Translations under genes and position numbers: made by a program
Notes under the pieces: generated by a model
Database searches by the model: none
What the model saw: only the letters and a program-made list of their open reading frames with translations
Told to the model about the DNA's origin: nothing
In this document: piece by piece, positions 42,325-56,551 of the stretch
Position numbering within the stretch: position 1 is the stretch's first letter
Layout: each line of letters opens with the position of its first letter
Assembly: GCA_951406725.2 (NCBI GenBank)
Contig: OX597823.1
Coordinates: forward strand, 43,028,001-43,092,000
Source: Octopus vulgaris
Lineage: Eukaryota
Reading direction: 5' to 3'
Length of the DNA stretch: 64,000 nt

Positions 42325-44407
42325 TTAATGTGCAAACAAATAGGCCGCATATAGTGTCTTGGGCCAGACAAGAAAAAAGTATGAATCGTTATACAGTTCA
42401 ACTGCCCTGATGGTGTGAATATTACTTCGAAAATCAAAATGAAAGAGGTTAATTACAAGCAACTTCTTCGAAACATCCAATATCTATACCTGGTTTATAA
42501 ATTCACATTTATACCAATAATAATTAATACACTTGGTTTTGTCAGTAAATGGCAAAGTGACAATCTAAGATTTCCAGAAAAAGAAAACCAATTAAGACCT
42601 ACATTACAAATACAATCTTTATGCGGAAAAGTAAAAAATGCAAAACTTATATTGACCTCAACATAATTTTGTTATAACATTCCAGCGATGTAGCTTTGTA
42701 TCTTTGTTAGAAAAGGAGCTCCTTCCATACAGCTCCTTCAAATGATTAAAAATAGAAAACACGCATGCATATAACTTTGGAATATTTTGAAACCACAGTT
42801 CGTAAAATACTTCACTTTTACTGAACTGGCGTTGAGTGACAGGCTATTCTTTACACAATTAATGAACACATATATACATACAATAGTAGTGAAGTTCAGT
42901 GTCGATTAATAATCCACACTTCGTTCCTGTGATTACATGGCATTGTATCCGATTTCGCAAAGAATGGGCTCATTGAATATTTACGTAAAGGTATCTCAGA
43001 AAAGGATTATTTTTAACTTCCAATTATAAATCTCAATACTAGACAAGAAATCGGAATAGTAAGGGAACTTGTTGAGGATTGTCGCCAAATATAGGTAGAA
43101 CACAATTGTATAACGGAGCACAATGGCTGTTCGTCAGTTAAGGAAGTGAGAGTCAATATATCTTAATTGAAAGTTAAGTACATAAGACGAGTCGATTATA
43201 CTATGAACCCATACTATTGATATAATACAAAGGTAGTTAACTGAGAAAGCGTAGAGCACCGTAATTACAAAATGCTACCGTTCTAAACTTTACCACTCAG
43301 ATAATAAGCAACAGGTGTATTATATTACTGAGAAGTATCGAGTGATAGAGCTAACTTTTGAATCTGAGCAGAGAAAATATTAGATTATATGATACAGGGA
43401 AAATATTGAATTATATGATAAAGGGAAAATATTACATTGTATCAGCTTTCATCCCGCTGTAACTGAATCGAACTTACAATCTAATGCATTGCGTTGGACC
43501 ACACTAAATTCTTCACAGTATAATCAACAACAAACGTTTCCTGAAACATTAAACCATTACTTCAATTGGGTTTTGTCTCGTATTTCTAAATCGGATACAT
43601 AATAGTAAATTTCCTTTTGTCTTCATACAAGAATTCGAAATATCTGTCTTCCCATCTTAAAACCTGTCAAATAGACAATACACTTTGTTAACTACAGTAA
43701 TGAACGGAATCGGATCCGTCAGAGTGATTCATATCCTAAAACTAGGTAGTTAATAACCAGGTGGGGTTGGCTTTAAATACCTTTGTAATGCATAAAAGGT
43801 ATCGCCGGATTTCAAACAATTCCAAATACTGAATCTTCCTAGGTTACGATGTATGTGTCTTGCTGAGATGTAGCAAATTTGGATGACTATTAGACTTTAA
43901 TATGTATAGATATCTGCTTCTCAGAACAGAATAGGAAAGTCTGTTGGTAATGAATTTGGAACAAGGGCGAATTTATACACTTCCACTTAAAAGGTATTGA
44001 ATTATAAGGCAAAGAATATATTAACTTATAGGCATTGGCTAAAATGAGTTACAGCATACATTTGTGTTTTATTTAATGAATTTTAAAGGTGACTGAGTCC
44101 ACTACACACACACACACACACATACATATATCTAAACCTGCTTCACCACGTGTCTCAACAGCAAGAAATTATTAGTAACTTTTATTTTAATAGTGTACAT
44201 TAAGAGATTTGGATCCCTCTCTACGTGGAGTACTTTTTTCTTAATCTCACTATAATGCGTGCGTGTGTGTGTGCGCGTGCGTGCGCGTGTGTGTGTGTGT
44301 GTGTGAGTTTTGTGCAAGAGAGACTCGGTTCGTTTGCGTCTCTATGTGGGCGCACGTGTTCCCTTTTTGCATATATATATATATATATGTACATATCTAT
44401 ATCTATA

Positions 44408-44478
<71 letters not shown>

Positions 44479-44527
44479 GTACATGCAATACACATACACA
44501 TACGTACGATTTGTATATATATTTTTT

Positions 44528-44585
44528 GCATGGATGCACTTGCATGCGTTGAGCGCATGGATGCACTTGCATGCGTTGAGCGCAT
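44528..44585. repeat. 27-bp tandem duplication
   Basis: gcatggatgcacttgcatgcgttgagc x2. Confidence 0.9.
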
Positions 44586-45022
44586 GCATGTATGGACGTG
44601 GGCGTTTGCGTTGTCATGTGTGTGTGTGTGTGTGAGTGTGTGTGTGCATGTGATGCTGTACGTGTGCGTGTATATACGTGTGTGGGAGTGCACTGTGCAA
44701 GAGCGTAAAATATAAATGTCGGAAAGGAAAAAAAGACGAAAAAAAATTGAGGAAGAAAGTAAGATAGGTGGGAAGGGTAAAGAGTTAAGACAGAGAGGGA
44801 GATTAAACAGAAACTGAGAGGGAAAGAGAGGGAAATTGGTTGGGGATGAGTGTGGGTGGAATGAGTTGCATTTCGTTAACCTGTCAGGTATTTGTCCTGC
44901 TGCAACCGACAGGGTGTTAAACATGAATGTTTAACAAACAAGACACCCTCGTACACACATACTCTCTCACTCTATCTATGTATCTATCTATATATCTATT
45001 TCTCCCTCTCTCTTTCTTTGCT

Positions 45023-45082
<60 letters not shown>

Positions 45083-45189
45083 TTTATCTAACAAGCTATT
45101 TAGCTATCTTTCTTCCTATCGATCAGTCTGTTTACCTATCAATCAATAAATCTCTCTCTCTCTCTCTCGCTCTCTCTCTTTATCTATCA

Positions 45190-45269
<80 letters not shown>

Positions 45270-45279
45270 GTCTGTCTGC

Positions 45280-45319
<40 letters not shown>

Positions 45320-45336
45320 ATATCTATCTATGTATC

Positions 45337-45400
<64 letters not shown>

Positions 45401-46225
45401 AATCTTCTGTCTATCTATCTATCTTTCTGTCTGTCTGTTTGCCTGTCATCATGTTGTCTCTGTTTCGTTCTTTCTATGTCACCTTCACTGTTTTCTAATC
45501 GACATTTATCTTGTGTTTTGTGAAGGTTAGCAAAATTGCAATATTTAACTTGCTTTTATTATTATTATTTTTTTTTTTGTTTTAATATCTTATCCGTGAA
45601 TCGCAACAAAAATAGACGCATGATCGGAAAGCATCGCAAATGAAAGAAAATATCTTCTATAATTTTGTAAATCTCGTATGTGTGTGCATGCGCGTGGGTG
45701 AGTGCTTCCACTGGAGTGAGAGTATGCGTTTGTGAGGATGTGTAAGTGTGTATTGTGCGGGGGTGTGAATGTGTGCTTCTGCGGGAGGGTATGCGTGTGC
45801 GTGTGTTTGGATGTTTTTGTGTTTGTGTCAGAAGAGTGAACAATAGGTAGACCCTTTATTTTCAAAGATCTGCCATTTACTTTTGCAATATTTCTGCGTA
45901 GATGCCATCAGCTCTGCATGGCCATGAACAATAGCTCGGTATACATAGCCGATGAAGCGTAAAGACGCAGAAATGCATGCGTTCTATGGTTCAGTAACGC
46001 CATTCATATTCTAGGGGGTTGTTTACACGAAGCATGGAAAAATATTTTCCGAGAAGGGGATCACATGCAACATGGCTCATCCTCATGCGGTTTGAGATAC
46101 AAAAAATATTCACGGAAAATTCTCGATTAGGCGTGCCTTTTAGAATGTCCCACGAGTCACATTTAACCCTCCAACTGTTTTACGTCCTCGAGACAAGATA
46201 TACACACGTGTGTGTATGTGTGTGC

Positions 46226-46299
<74 letters not shown>

Positions 46300-46537
46300 G
46301 TGTATATATATGTACATACATGCGTTTCTGCGTGTGTGCCTGTGTGCGTATGTGTGTGTGTGTGTGTGTGTGTGTGCATCTCTATCATTGTGCATGTATG
46401 TTCATATGTTCATATGTATATTTTGATAATGGCAGAGTTGCAGATTGATTTAAGGGTCAAGAGATTCGGAAGAAACTATGGCCATTGACTGATACTCTAA
46501 CTTCAACTTATTGCTAATAATAATATTGATGATGATG

Positions 46538-46606
<69 letters not shown>

Positions 46607-46762
46607 GCAATATATATATATGTGTGTGTGTGTGTGTGTAAATACATATAATCATACTTTTATTTCAATTTTCCTGTTTATATCTTCAAACGTGTGTGTG
46701 TATGTATATATGTATATATCTATACGTATATGTATATATGTATATATACATATATATTATAT

Positions 46763-46809
<47 letters not shown>

Positions 46810-46923
46810 ATATATAAGTATATATACATATAATTTTAATCCAAACGGGAAACAAAAAAACAACAACAATGGAACAATTACAGTATTATTATTAATAGGC
46901 GCTCAGGAAATGGAAGCAGGGAG

Positions 46924-46958
46924 GTATGACGTTTCGAGCGGAGCTCTTCGTCGGAAAC
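46924..46958 (-). ncRNA. Minimal type I hammerhead, CCGACGA core
   Basis: gttt-CCGACGA-a-gagc tcc gctc-GAA-AC-GTC-atac. Confidence 0.65.
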
Positions 46959-49864
46959 ATAAAGAAGGAAGAGAGAGGAAAGAAAGATCCCAGAGCGGGC
47001 AACGGGGATAGAGAAAAAAAACGACTGGTGTTTAGGAGTAACACATGGTGAAAGGCGGATGTTTACGATAACAAGAGCAAAGTGGGTTTTTAAAGGCAAA
47101 AGAGTGGAGACAAGGTTGGTAACGCAACAGATGTGTGTGTATGTGTGAGTGTGTGCGTGTGCGTGTGTGTATGTGTGTGTGTGAGGCGAGATAAAAAAAC
47201 AAAAAATATATGTATGTGTTAGTGTGTGCGTCTGTGTGTAGGCGTGTGAGGTAGGGCGAGACGGTGGTCAGCATAGCAGCAGCATAGCAGACAAAGGTCA
47301 GTAGTAAGAAAAGGAAGGAAGGAGGAAGGGATGGAGGGAGGGGAAGGGTTGGAGGCGTATGTAGCGTGCCAGCGTGTGTTGAGTAGTAGTGTGTGTGTGT
47401 GTCCAGTGTCGTGGTAGTATTAATGGCGAGTAGATTGAATGTGTGTAAGAGTAATGTATATATTTAAGCAATGTGTGTATCTGTGTGCGCGTGTGTGTAA
47501 CGAAAAAGGGGGGGTTAAGGAAAAGGACTCCAGCTGAGGGGAAGATGGAAGAGTGGTCCCGCGGAGACGGGCGTGGGAAAACCCAACGACAAGCGACGAA
47601 CCCAGGAACGGGCGGGAGGTCTCGTCGGGTCCAAGGGCGAGGTGCATGCGGCGCGTGTGCGTACGCGAACCGGCGCAAGCGCGTGTGTGCGCGCGCCTGC
47701 GAGTGTGCGCGTAAGTATGTGTGTGTGTGGATGTGTGAGTGTGTCTGTGTGTATGTCTGGGTGGCAGTGTGTCCGATGAATGTATGTGAGTATGTGTGTA
47801 TATATGTGTGTGCATAGATGTATGTCCGTGTGTGTGTGTGTGTGTGTATGTGTATGAGTGTGTATGTATGTACGTGTGGGTGTGGGGAAGTGTGTGTATG
47901 TGCATGTGTGTGCGCGAACATACAGGTGTGTGAGTGAGTGTGTGTGTGTGTATGTATGTGTGAGTGTGTATGTATGTGTGTGTAGGATGCATGTATGTGT
48001 ATGGGTGTATGTATGCGTGTGTGTATGTATGTATGTGTACGTGCGTGTGTGTGTGTGTATGCGTGTAGGTGTGCGCGCGTGCATGCATGCATGCATGTGC
48101 GTATGTGTGTGTGTGTGCATGTGTGTGGGTATATATGTATGTGCGTATATGTGTGTGTATGTGCGTACATGTGTGTGTGTGTATGCATGTGTGTGTGTAG
48201 GTGTGTAGGCGTGTGTGTATAGGTGTATGTATGTAAGTATGTATGGGTGTGTCCGTGTATGTGTGTGTATGTATGTGTGTGTATGTAGCTGTGTGGGCGT
48301 GTGTATATGTGTGTGTATGTAGGTGTGTGGGCGTGTGTATATAGGTGTATGTATGTATGTCTGGGTGTGTCCGTGCATGTTTGTGTGTGTGTATGCATGT
48401 GTATGTAGGTGTGTGTGTACGTGTGTAATGTATGTGTGTATGCGTGTGTATGCGTGCGTGTGTGTATGTAGGTGCGTGTGTATGTGTGTGGGAGTGTAGG
48501 TGTGTGTGTGCGTGTGCGTGTTTATGTTGGTGTGTGCGTATGTGAGTGTGAGTGTATGGGTGTTTGTCATGCATGTGTGTGCGCGTGCAGGTGAGTGTGT
48601 GTGTAAGTATGTGTGTGTGTATGTTTGTGTGAGTGTGTATGTGTGTATGTCTGTGTGTATGTATGTGCGTATAGGAGTATGTAGGTATGTGTGTGTGTAT
48701 GTATATGGATGTATGTATGTATGTGTGTGTGTGTGCATGTGTATAAGTATATGCGTGTGTGCGTATGTGTGTGTATGTGTATGTGTGTGTGTTTATGTAT
48801 GTGTGTATGTATGTGTGTAGGCGTGAGTGTGTAGATGTATGTATGTATGTCAGTGTGTGTTTGTGTGTGTGTGTAGGTAGATGTGTGTGTCTGAGTGGGG
48901 GTATGGCTGTGTAGGTGTGTGTGTGTATGAATGTAAGTGTGTGTGTATACAAGTGTGATGTATGTATGTAGGTGTGTGTGTGTGTATGTGTACGTGTGCG
49001 TGTGTATGTGTGTGTGTGTGTATGCGTGTGAGTGTGAGTGTATGGGTGTATGTCTGTGTGTGTGTATGTCTGAAGTGGGTATGTGTGTGTATGTATGTAT
49101 GTGTGTGTGTGTGCGGGTATGTGTGTGTGTGTGTATGTGTGTGTGTGTATGTGTGTGTGTGAGTAGGTGTGCGTGTATGTATGTGGGTAGGGATGCATGC
49201 GAGTGTGTGGGTAGGTATGCATACATACGCATGCGCACATCCGAAGCAAGCCCACACACACGAAGCGCGCTCACGCACACAACGCACAAGCAGTACAACG
49301 CAAGCCCAAAGGGCCCGATCAAGCCCCCAGCGCGCGCCAAGGCGCGCGAGTGCAAAGGCCCTCGAACGCCCCGCTACGCGGGAACCGAGGATCCATCAGC
49401 CAAAACCGGAAAGCAGAAAAGAGGGGGCTGCCTGGATGCAAAAAGGTGTATGTGTGTGTGCATTCAGTGTACGGGTGTGCATGTGTGGGTATGTATGTAT
49501 GTATGTGCCTGCATGTATGTGTGCATGTGTGTGTGTGTGAAGTATGTACGTGCGTATGTATGTGTGTGTGTATGTATGTGCGTATGTATGTGTGTGTGTA
49601 TGTGTGTATGTATGTCTGTGTGTGTGTGTGTGTGTGTAAGTATGTATGCGTGTGTGTATGTATGTATGTGTGTGTGTATGTGCATGTTGGTTTGTATGTT
49701 AGTGTGTGCATGTGTGTCTGTAAGTGTGTGTGATTAAATGTGTGAATGTATGTACGTAGATGTATGTACGTAGATGTACGTAGTGTGTGAACAGGCGTGT
49801 GGGAGGTAGGTGGGTGGGTGTGTGTGGGTGGTGTGTCCGGAAAAAAAAAAAAAAAAAACCGATC

Positions 49865-50480
49865 TCAAGAGGAGGGGGCTGTGTTAAGTCCGTGTGGGGT
49901 GGTAGTTTGTAGGGTGAAGATGTAGCGTTGCTCCAAGTGGAGCCTGGAAAGTGGGCGACCATTGTGGGGGGCGAGACCAAACACTGAGATGTCATCTCGG
50001 GAATGGCCGGCCGAGCGGAAGTGGCGTGCGACGGGAGAAAAAGAGTGTAGGCGAACGTCCCTCAAGTGTTCAGTGAAACGGTCGGACAACCGGCGTCCCG
50101 TCTGTCCTACATACAGCATCCCGCATAGGTTGCATTTAATGCAGTAAATAAGGCCAGACGAGGTGCACGTAAAAGAGTGCCTAATGCGTACAGTATGCAG
50201 GTTGGAGCCGGTGACAGCGGTGGTGTTGGTGATGAAGGGGCAAGTGTTGCAGCGGGATCTAGAGCAAGGGAATGATCCGTGTGGGGCTGAGGGGGAAGGA
50301 GAGAGGGTGCTGTGGACCAGGAGGTCACGCAGATTGCGGGCTCGTTTGAAAGAGGACAGGGGTGGGTTAGGGAAAATGGGGCGGGTGGTGGGATCAAGCT
50401 GGAGGCGACGGAAGGCACGTAGTATCTTGCGACGAAGGGGTAGGGTAGAGGGGTGGAAAAGGAGGGGGAAGGGGGTGCGG
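49865..50480 (-). pseudogene. GIY-YIG endonuclease and linker of the Neptune-type PLE
   Basis: C-terminal ~200 aa of ORF 49865-50638, frameshifted relative to upstream RT residues. Confidence 0.9.
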
Positions 50481-50784
50481 TTGGGGGATGGCGGGGGAAG
50501 GAGACAGGGCGGTAGTGCGGTCGATGCGACGGGCGCGGGTGAGGGCATCAGAGAGGAGTGTGGGTGGGTAACCTCGAGACTCTGAACATGCGGGCCAGGT
50601 ATTGAGATTGGGTCTCGAAATCCTGGTCGCGGCTGCACAAACGTCGGAGGCGGAGGAACTGGGAGTAGGGGATGGCTCGTTTGGTGTGGAAGGGGTGGGA
50701 GGAAGAGAAGTTGAGATAGAGGTGGGAATCCGTAGGTTTAAAGAAGGCGGTGGTGGTGAGAGAGCTGGAGGGGTGATCGATGCG

Positions 50785-50826
<42 letters not shown>

Positions 50827-50829
<3 letters not shown>

Positions 50830-52686
50830 CCTGTGAGAGAGCTATCTCTCTTCCAAAAAGATGGCTCTCTCACAGGAAATCCCACGAAGATAAGTGAAAT
50901 ACTGAACGAAGAATTCCAAAGTGTGTTCACTACACCTCTAGGACACAGGCAAGTAAACAACCCAGAAGAATTTTTTGCCACGTTACCTGCGGCCAAAGAA
51001 GCAAAAGTTGAGTACATCAACATCGAAGATGATGATTTCACACTAGCCATAGATGAGATTGACACAAACTCAGCTGCTGGACCTGATGGATTCCCAGCGA
51101 TCCTTCTCAAATCGTGCAAACGAGCCCTTGCAAAACCGCTACAGTTTCTTTTTCAGAGCTTTCTTGCAAGTGGTAAGCTCCCAGCCAAATTGAAAGAGGG
51201 GGTAATATGCCCTATCCATAAGGGGGGTAGCAGAGCAGATGCTAAAAATTATAGGCCTATCTCTCTGACCTCACACATCAGCAAAGTCATGGAACGAATA
51301 GTCCGTAAGAATCTAATCATGTTCCTTGAAGAAGATGACTTGCTGTCTGACACCCAGCATGGATTTCGACCGGGTAGAAGCTGCCTAACACAGCTTCTGC
51401 AACACTATGACTGGGTGTTGAAACAGCTACTAAATGGCTCAAATGTGGATGTAATATATCTCGACTTTGCAAAAGCCTTTGATAAGGTCGACCATGGTAT
51501 GATCTGTCACAAACTGCGTGGTCTCGGCATAGGCGGAAAACTTGAGGAGTGGCTGCACAACTTCCTAAAAGACAGAAAACAGGCAGTTGTGAGCAATGGA
51601 GCCACCTCCCAGGAAACACAAATAGCAAGCAGTGTCCCACAGGGCACTGTCTTGGGGCCACTGATGTTCATAGTGGCCCTTTCAGACATGCCTTCAGTTG
51701 CTACGATGACCACCCTTGCTAGCTATGCAGATGACACAAAAGTCTCCCACGCAATACAAAACCCTGAAAATATTGCGCATCTGCAACAGGAGTTGGACAC
51801 AATATACAGGTGGGCTGAGGACAACAACATGCAGTTTAATGCAGGTAAGTTCCAGGCCCTGCGCTACTGGCACACAAAGGTAAACGACGTGCAGACTAGA
51901 TACACTTGCCCAGGAAGAATTGCAATCCCTGAGTCAAAATCAGTGCGTGACCTGGGCATTGACATGAGCAATGATGCATCTTTCCAAGTGCATATTGCTA
52001 ATCTGGTGGTAAAATGCAGACGGCTAGCTGGATGGATTCTCCGAACTTTCAGAACAAGAGAGAAGGAGACACTGATGGTCCTATGGAAAACATTCGTCCT
52101 CAGCCGCTTGGACTACTGCTCCCAACTGTGGTCACCACACAATATAAAACTAACAGCAGAACTCGAAGCAATTCAGAGAAGCTACACAAAGAAAATCGTC
52201 TCAATGCAAAATATCAGCTACTGGGAAAGACTGAAGGTATTAAACCTCTTCTCCCTAGAGCGGAGGCGGGAGAGATATGCGGTGATATACATCTGGAAAA
52301 TCCTGGAGGGTCTTGTCCCAAACTTTGGCATTCAAAGTTACCCCAATCGCAGAACGGGGCGCCACTGCATGGTGCTAAGGATTCCAACATCACCATCAAA
52401 ATACAGGTCCAGATACTGCAACAGCTTGGGTTTCAGAGGACCACAACTCTTTAACATCCTCCCTAAATGCCTGAGAGACTTACATGGTGTGGATGTGGGT
52501 TTCTTTAAAACTAAACTGGATCTCTTCTTGTCGGGAGTCCCAGATGGACCTACCTCACAACAGGAGACACAGATGCGGGCAGCAGCATCGAACTCCCTTG
52601 TTGATCAAGTGCCACGTATCAGAGGTGGTGCCCCAGCATGGCCGCGGCCTTCGGGCTAAAACATTTTTTAAAGGATTTTAAGGATT

Positions 52687-52688
<2 letters not shown>
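50827..52688 (+). mobile_element. CR1-group LINE, 5'-truncated, uninterrupted RT and C-terminal ORF
   Basis: NYRPISLTS, QHGFRPGRSC, YLDFAKAFDKVDH, VPQGTVLGP, YADDTK, SLERRRER. Stop at 52659, terminal hairpin and tandem (AAGGATTTT) tail, (TA)n on both sides. Confidence 0.93.
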
Positions 52689-52719
<31 letters not shown>

Positions 52720-52744
52720 ACTTTCTTTAAAAGTAGCAGAAATA

Positions 52745-52799
52745 TAACAAAAGCTGTTACTCAGAGTTTCACGTTCCCGTTCGTCGGACAGTTTTGTTA
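52745..52799 (-). ncRNA. Type I hammerhead, CCGACGA core, long stem I
   Basis: taacaaaa-ctgt-CCGACGA-acg ggaa cgt-GAA-actc t gagt-A-acag-c-ttttgtta. Confidence 0.75.
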
Positions 52800-53192
52800 A
52801 AATGGAACACAAATAACGATATAACCAAAACTAGTTAAAGGATACACCTTCAAAATTGGATTTGTTTTATTGGTCGTTTCAATTAACTGTCTTAAGCATG
52901 CAATGAACAAAATAAATGAATCCAATATAAATTCATCCTATTGTAAAATCAAAGAAAACCTTAAATCGTAGAGTAGATTCAAAATACATATTGTAAATAA
53001 TTATATACAAAATATAAGTCAATTAATACATTAAAATTAAAATTTTCACGCTGCATTACATATCTTACAACATTATATACCCATACTAGTCCGTTTATAA
53101 TATACATATATACATCAAAATACATAGATGCATGCACATAGCTGCATACATATACAGGCATATATATGTAAGACATAAATATAATCACAGAT

Positions 53193-53224
<32 letters not shown>

Positions 53225-53420
53225 GTGTAATGTATGTATATATACAAATATATTCACATATGCTTACACATATATGTATGTATAAATGTGTGTACGCATA
53301 TGTTAATATATATATATATATATATACAACCACGTTTCCAATACAACCACGTTTCCCCTCCTACAATCAAACTACGTAGACAGAACCAGGAAAAAACGCC
53401 AAATAACGCCAACTTGAAAT

Positions 53421-56400
53421 ATGTATCCTCTGACCAAGTGGCAAACCAAACAAGTAACTCTTTTTACTGACATACCTGGAAAATATGAAGGCCGACCTAA
53501 GCCAGGAGATCCAGCGAGCCATCACCAACCATCTATGCAAATCACAAGGACCACTCACCCATTACCAACTTCCCTTACCTCGACATTCCTGTTAAATGTA
53601 CGTGGCATCAACCCATCAATTATTGCCCAAAAATGGAAGATCCCATATATAGAGAGTTGGCTTGCCGAAATGGCACATTGCTTCCCTTTCTTTATCCTTA
53701 CCGAGACTCACCTGAACAACACCCATATGGACGCAGAGGTGAAAATAAAAGATTTCACCATTGTTCGTGCGGATCGCACAGACCGAAATAAGGGAGGGAC
53801 AGCCATCTTTATCCATGACTCCTTTTCACTTGATGCCAAGGACACATTTTCCAATGGCTACTGTGAATCGGTATCAGTATTACAACAAAGCCAAGGACAT
53901 AACCATTGTTGGTCTTTACAGGCCTCCCCAGGCACCTCTAAAGTACTTTGAAGAGTGCCTTAGCAAAGTCAAGTCCTTCCTTCGGAAGTACCACTCCGGA
54001 AACATAATAGTGATGGGTGATTTTAACCTCCCTCATGTGAACTGGCCCACAAATACTCCGAAGTTGGGCAAGTGCTCTACATCAGATAGGGCAGCAGCAG
54101 AACTGCTCTTTAATCTGATGGATGAGTATTTCCTGACTCAGCTAGTGCTTGAACCAACGAGACAGAATAAAACGATCTTGGATCTGGTACTGACCAATCA
54201 CTCTAGCTACGTTCACAGCATTTCAGTCGAAAAAACTCTCCTCTCAGACCACGACATGGTACTCTGCAATCTTAATTCCCGACGTATAAAAACCAAACCA
54301 GCCAATCCCACTCCATGGCACCCATTTGACAACATAAATTTCCACAAAGCGGACTGGGGAACAATCAGAAAGGATCTGTCTTCCATCGACTGGTCTTTTA
54401 CTCTCAATTCCCCTCATATTGAGACCGCGTGGCAGCACTTTGAAACCATTGTCACCGACACATGCTCTAAACACGCTCCCAAGAAATCTACTAACACAAA
54501 CAGAAACCGGCTCCCTAAAAAGAAAAAAACACTCATCAGGCGCATCAAAAGACTCAACAAAAAAATCAACCAATTAAAATATTCCCACACGCAACATCCA
54601 CATTCAACAACAATGAAAAGACTAGAGCTGGAAAAACTTCATCTGCAGACTAACATGAAAACCTCCATTGAAAATCAAAGAGCTGTGGAGGAACAATGGG
54701 TAATCAAAAACATCAAACAGAACCCAAAAGTGTTCTATTCTTATGCAAATAAGCATAGAACCACTGTCTCACCTATTGGGCCATTGATTGATGAAAACGG
54801 CATTCCCCAACACGATGCTAAAGAAATGGCAGAAATACTGCAGAAACAATATTGCTCTGTCTTCAGTGTTCCCACTGATATTGATGTGAGGGAAACGAAC
54901 GAAGCTGACTCCCAACACAAAATCGCAGACATAACCTTCACTGCCACCGACATCGTAGCAGCAATAAATGAGGTCAAACATTACTCCGCTGTAGGCCCTG
55001 ATAGATTTCCCGCCAGTCTCCTGAAGGAATGTAGATATCAACTTGCAGTCCCTCTGACCAACCTCTGGAGAAACTCGTTAGACGCAGGTTATATACCGAA
55101 AAAGTTTCTATCCCAGTCGGTCATCCCGGTTTTCAAACAGGGAAACAGATCCCTCGCAGTCAACTATCGCCCAATCTCACTCACCTCCCACATCATTAAA
55201 GTGTTTGAAAGAGTGTTAAGATCAAGGATAGCTGACTTCCTGGAGACCCACAAACTCCTAAATTCAAATCAACATGGCTTTCGCTGTGGCAGGGACTGTC
55301 TAACACAGCTCTTACACCACATTGAAGATGTACTCAAAGCCTTGGGAACAGGTTCGAACTCTGACGTCATATACCTTGACTTCAGTAAAGCGTTCGACAG
55401 GGTAGACCATAACATCCTACTCTCAAAATTGGCAAATTTTGGAATCCGTGGAAAAGTTCTACACTGGATTCAGTATTTCCTAGCGAATAGAACACAACAT
55501 GTTGTAGTTGATGGAGTCCACTCAAACCCAGCAAAAGTCACCAGCGGTGTTCCCCAGGGAACTGTTTTGGGTCCGCTACTCTTCATAATTTATGTAAACG
55601 ACCTTTCCAGTGTCGTACATCACTGCAAAGTGAAAATATTCGCTGATGACACTAAGCTCCAGCAAATCGTCAATGAAGAAGCAGACCGAACTCAACTCCA
55701 GTCTGACCTATATGCTGTGAGTCAATGGGCAGACAGAAACAAAATGCAACTGAATGAGGGAAAATTTGAGCTGATGCATTTTGGAAGAAATTCCTCACTA
55801 AAACAACCATACTCTCTTCCTTCAGGGGAACCGCTCACAGCCTCTAACAATATCAGAGACCTGGGTGTAATTGTTGATGACGATCTCAGTTGGAGCGCAC
55901 ACATCAACAAGAAGGTCGATACAGCTCGTAGGATGAGTTCCTGGATCTTAAGAACTTTCCGGTCCAGAGAACAAGGTGTCATCATACCACTTTTTTCATC
56001 CTTTGTACGGCCACACCTTGAATACTGCTGCCCACTGTGGTCTCCTCACACAAGACAAAACATCTCCAGAATTGAGTCACCCCAGAGGGCTCTCACTAAA
56101 CAAATTGAAGGCATGGCTGCTCTCGACTATTGGGATCGCCTTAAAGCCTTGAAACTTTACTCCCTCCAGCGTCGCCGTGAGCGGTACATCATTTGTACGA
56201 TGTGGAAAATATACCGCCAACTTTGCCCAAACGACCTAAACATTAGCTTCAAGGTTCATCCGAGACTTGGACCACGGGCTATACGTCCCCTGCCAAATTC
56301 AAGATCACAACATACATGTACACTGCAACATAATTTCTTTTCCTCAACAGGCCCTGCCCTATTTAACATTGTCCCGAGGGAGATCAAAGAGGAAAAGGAT

Positions 56401-56544
56401 CCCATCAACTTCAAACAGAGTCTGGATAGATTCCTTCAAAGAATACCAGACAAGCCACCCATAATTGGATACAACTCACCCAACAAGAACTCACTACTTG
56501 AACAAAACTGGATACAACTCACCCAACAAGAACTCACTACTTGA
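53421..56544 (+). CDS. LINE ORF2 (APE + reverse transcriptase), two ORFs joined by a single +1 frameshift
   Basis: ORFs 53421-53951 and 53761-56544 overlap, and removing one T at ~53880 joins CESVSV to YNKAKD. True start uncertain. Confidence 0.75.
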
Positions 56545-56551
56545 ACAAAAC
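56466..56551 (+). repeat. Perfect 43-bp tandem duplication at the ORF2 C-terminus
   Basis: tggatacaactcacccaacaagaactcactacttgaacaaaac x2. Confidence 0.95.

Larger units (their letters stand above)
46860..50787 (-). mobile_element. Penelope-like element (Neptune-type), 5'-truncated, with ~3-kb simple-sequence 3' region
   Basis: FFKPTDSHLYLNFSSSHP..TKRAIPYSQFLRLRRLCS (RT thumb), NLRDLLV, CxxxxCxxC linker, IYCIKCNLCGMLYVGQTGR...RFTEH...PHGLN (GIY-YIG). Hammerhead at 46.9 kb on the same strand. The 3' boundary is inferred. Confidence 0.85.

Noticed and set aside
47298-49737. Long His/Thr or Cys/Val ORFs up to 613 aa
   Set aside because: Open in multiple frames on both strands because of CA/TG composition, with no domain signal
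50602-50826. N-terminal extension of the 685-aa RT ORF
   Set aside because: It is the antisense of the Neptune PLE plus a TA tract, so the fusion is fortuitous
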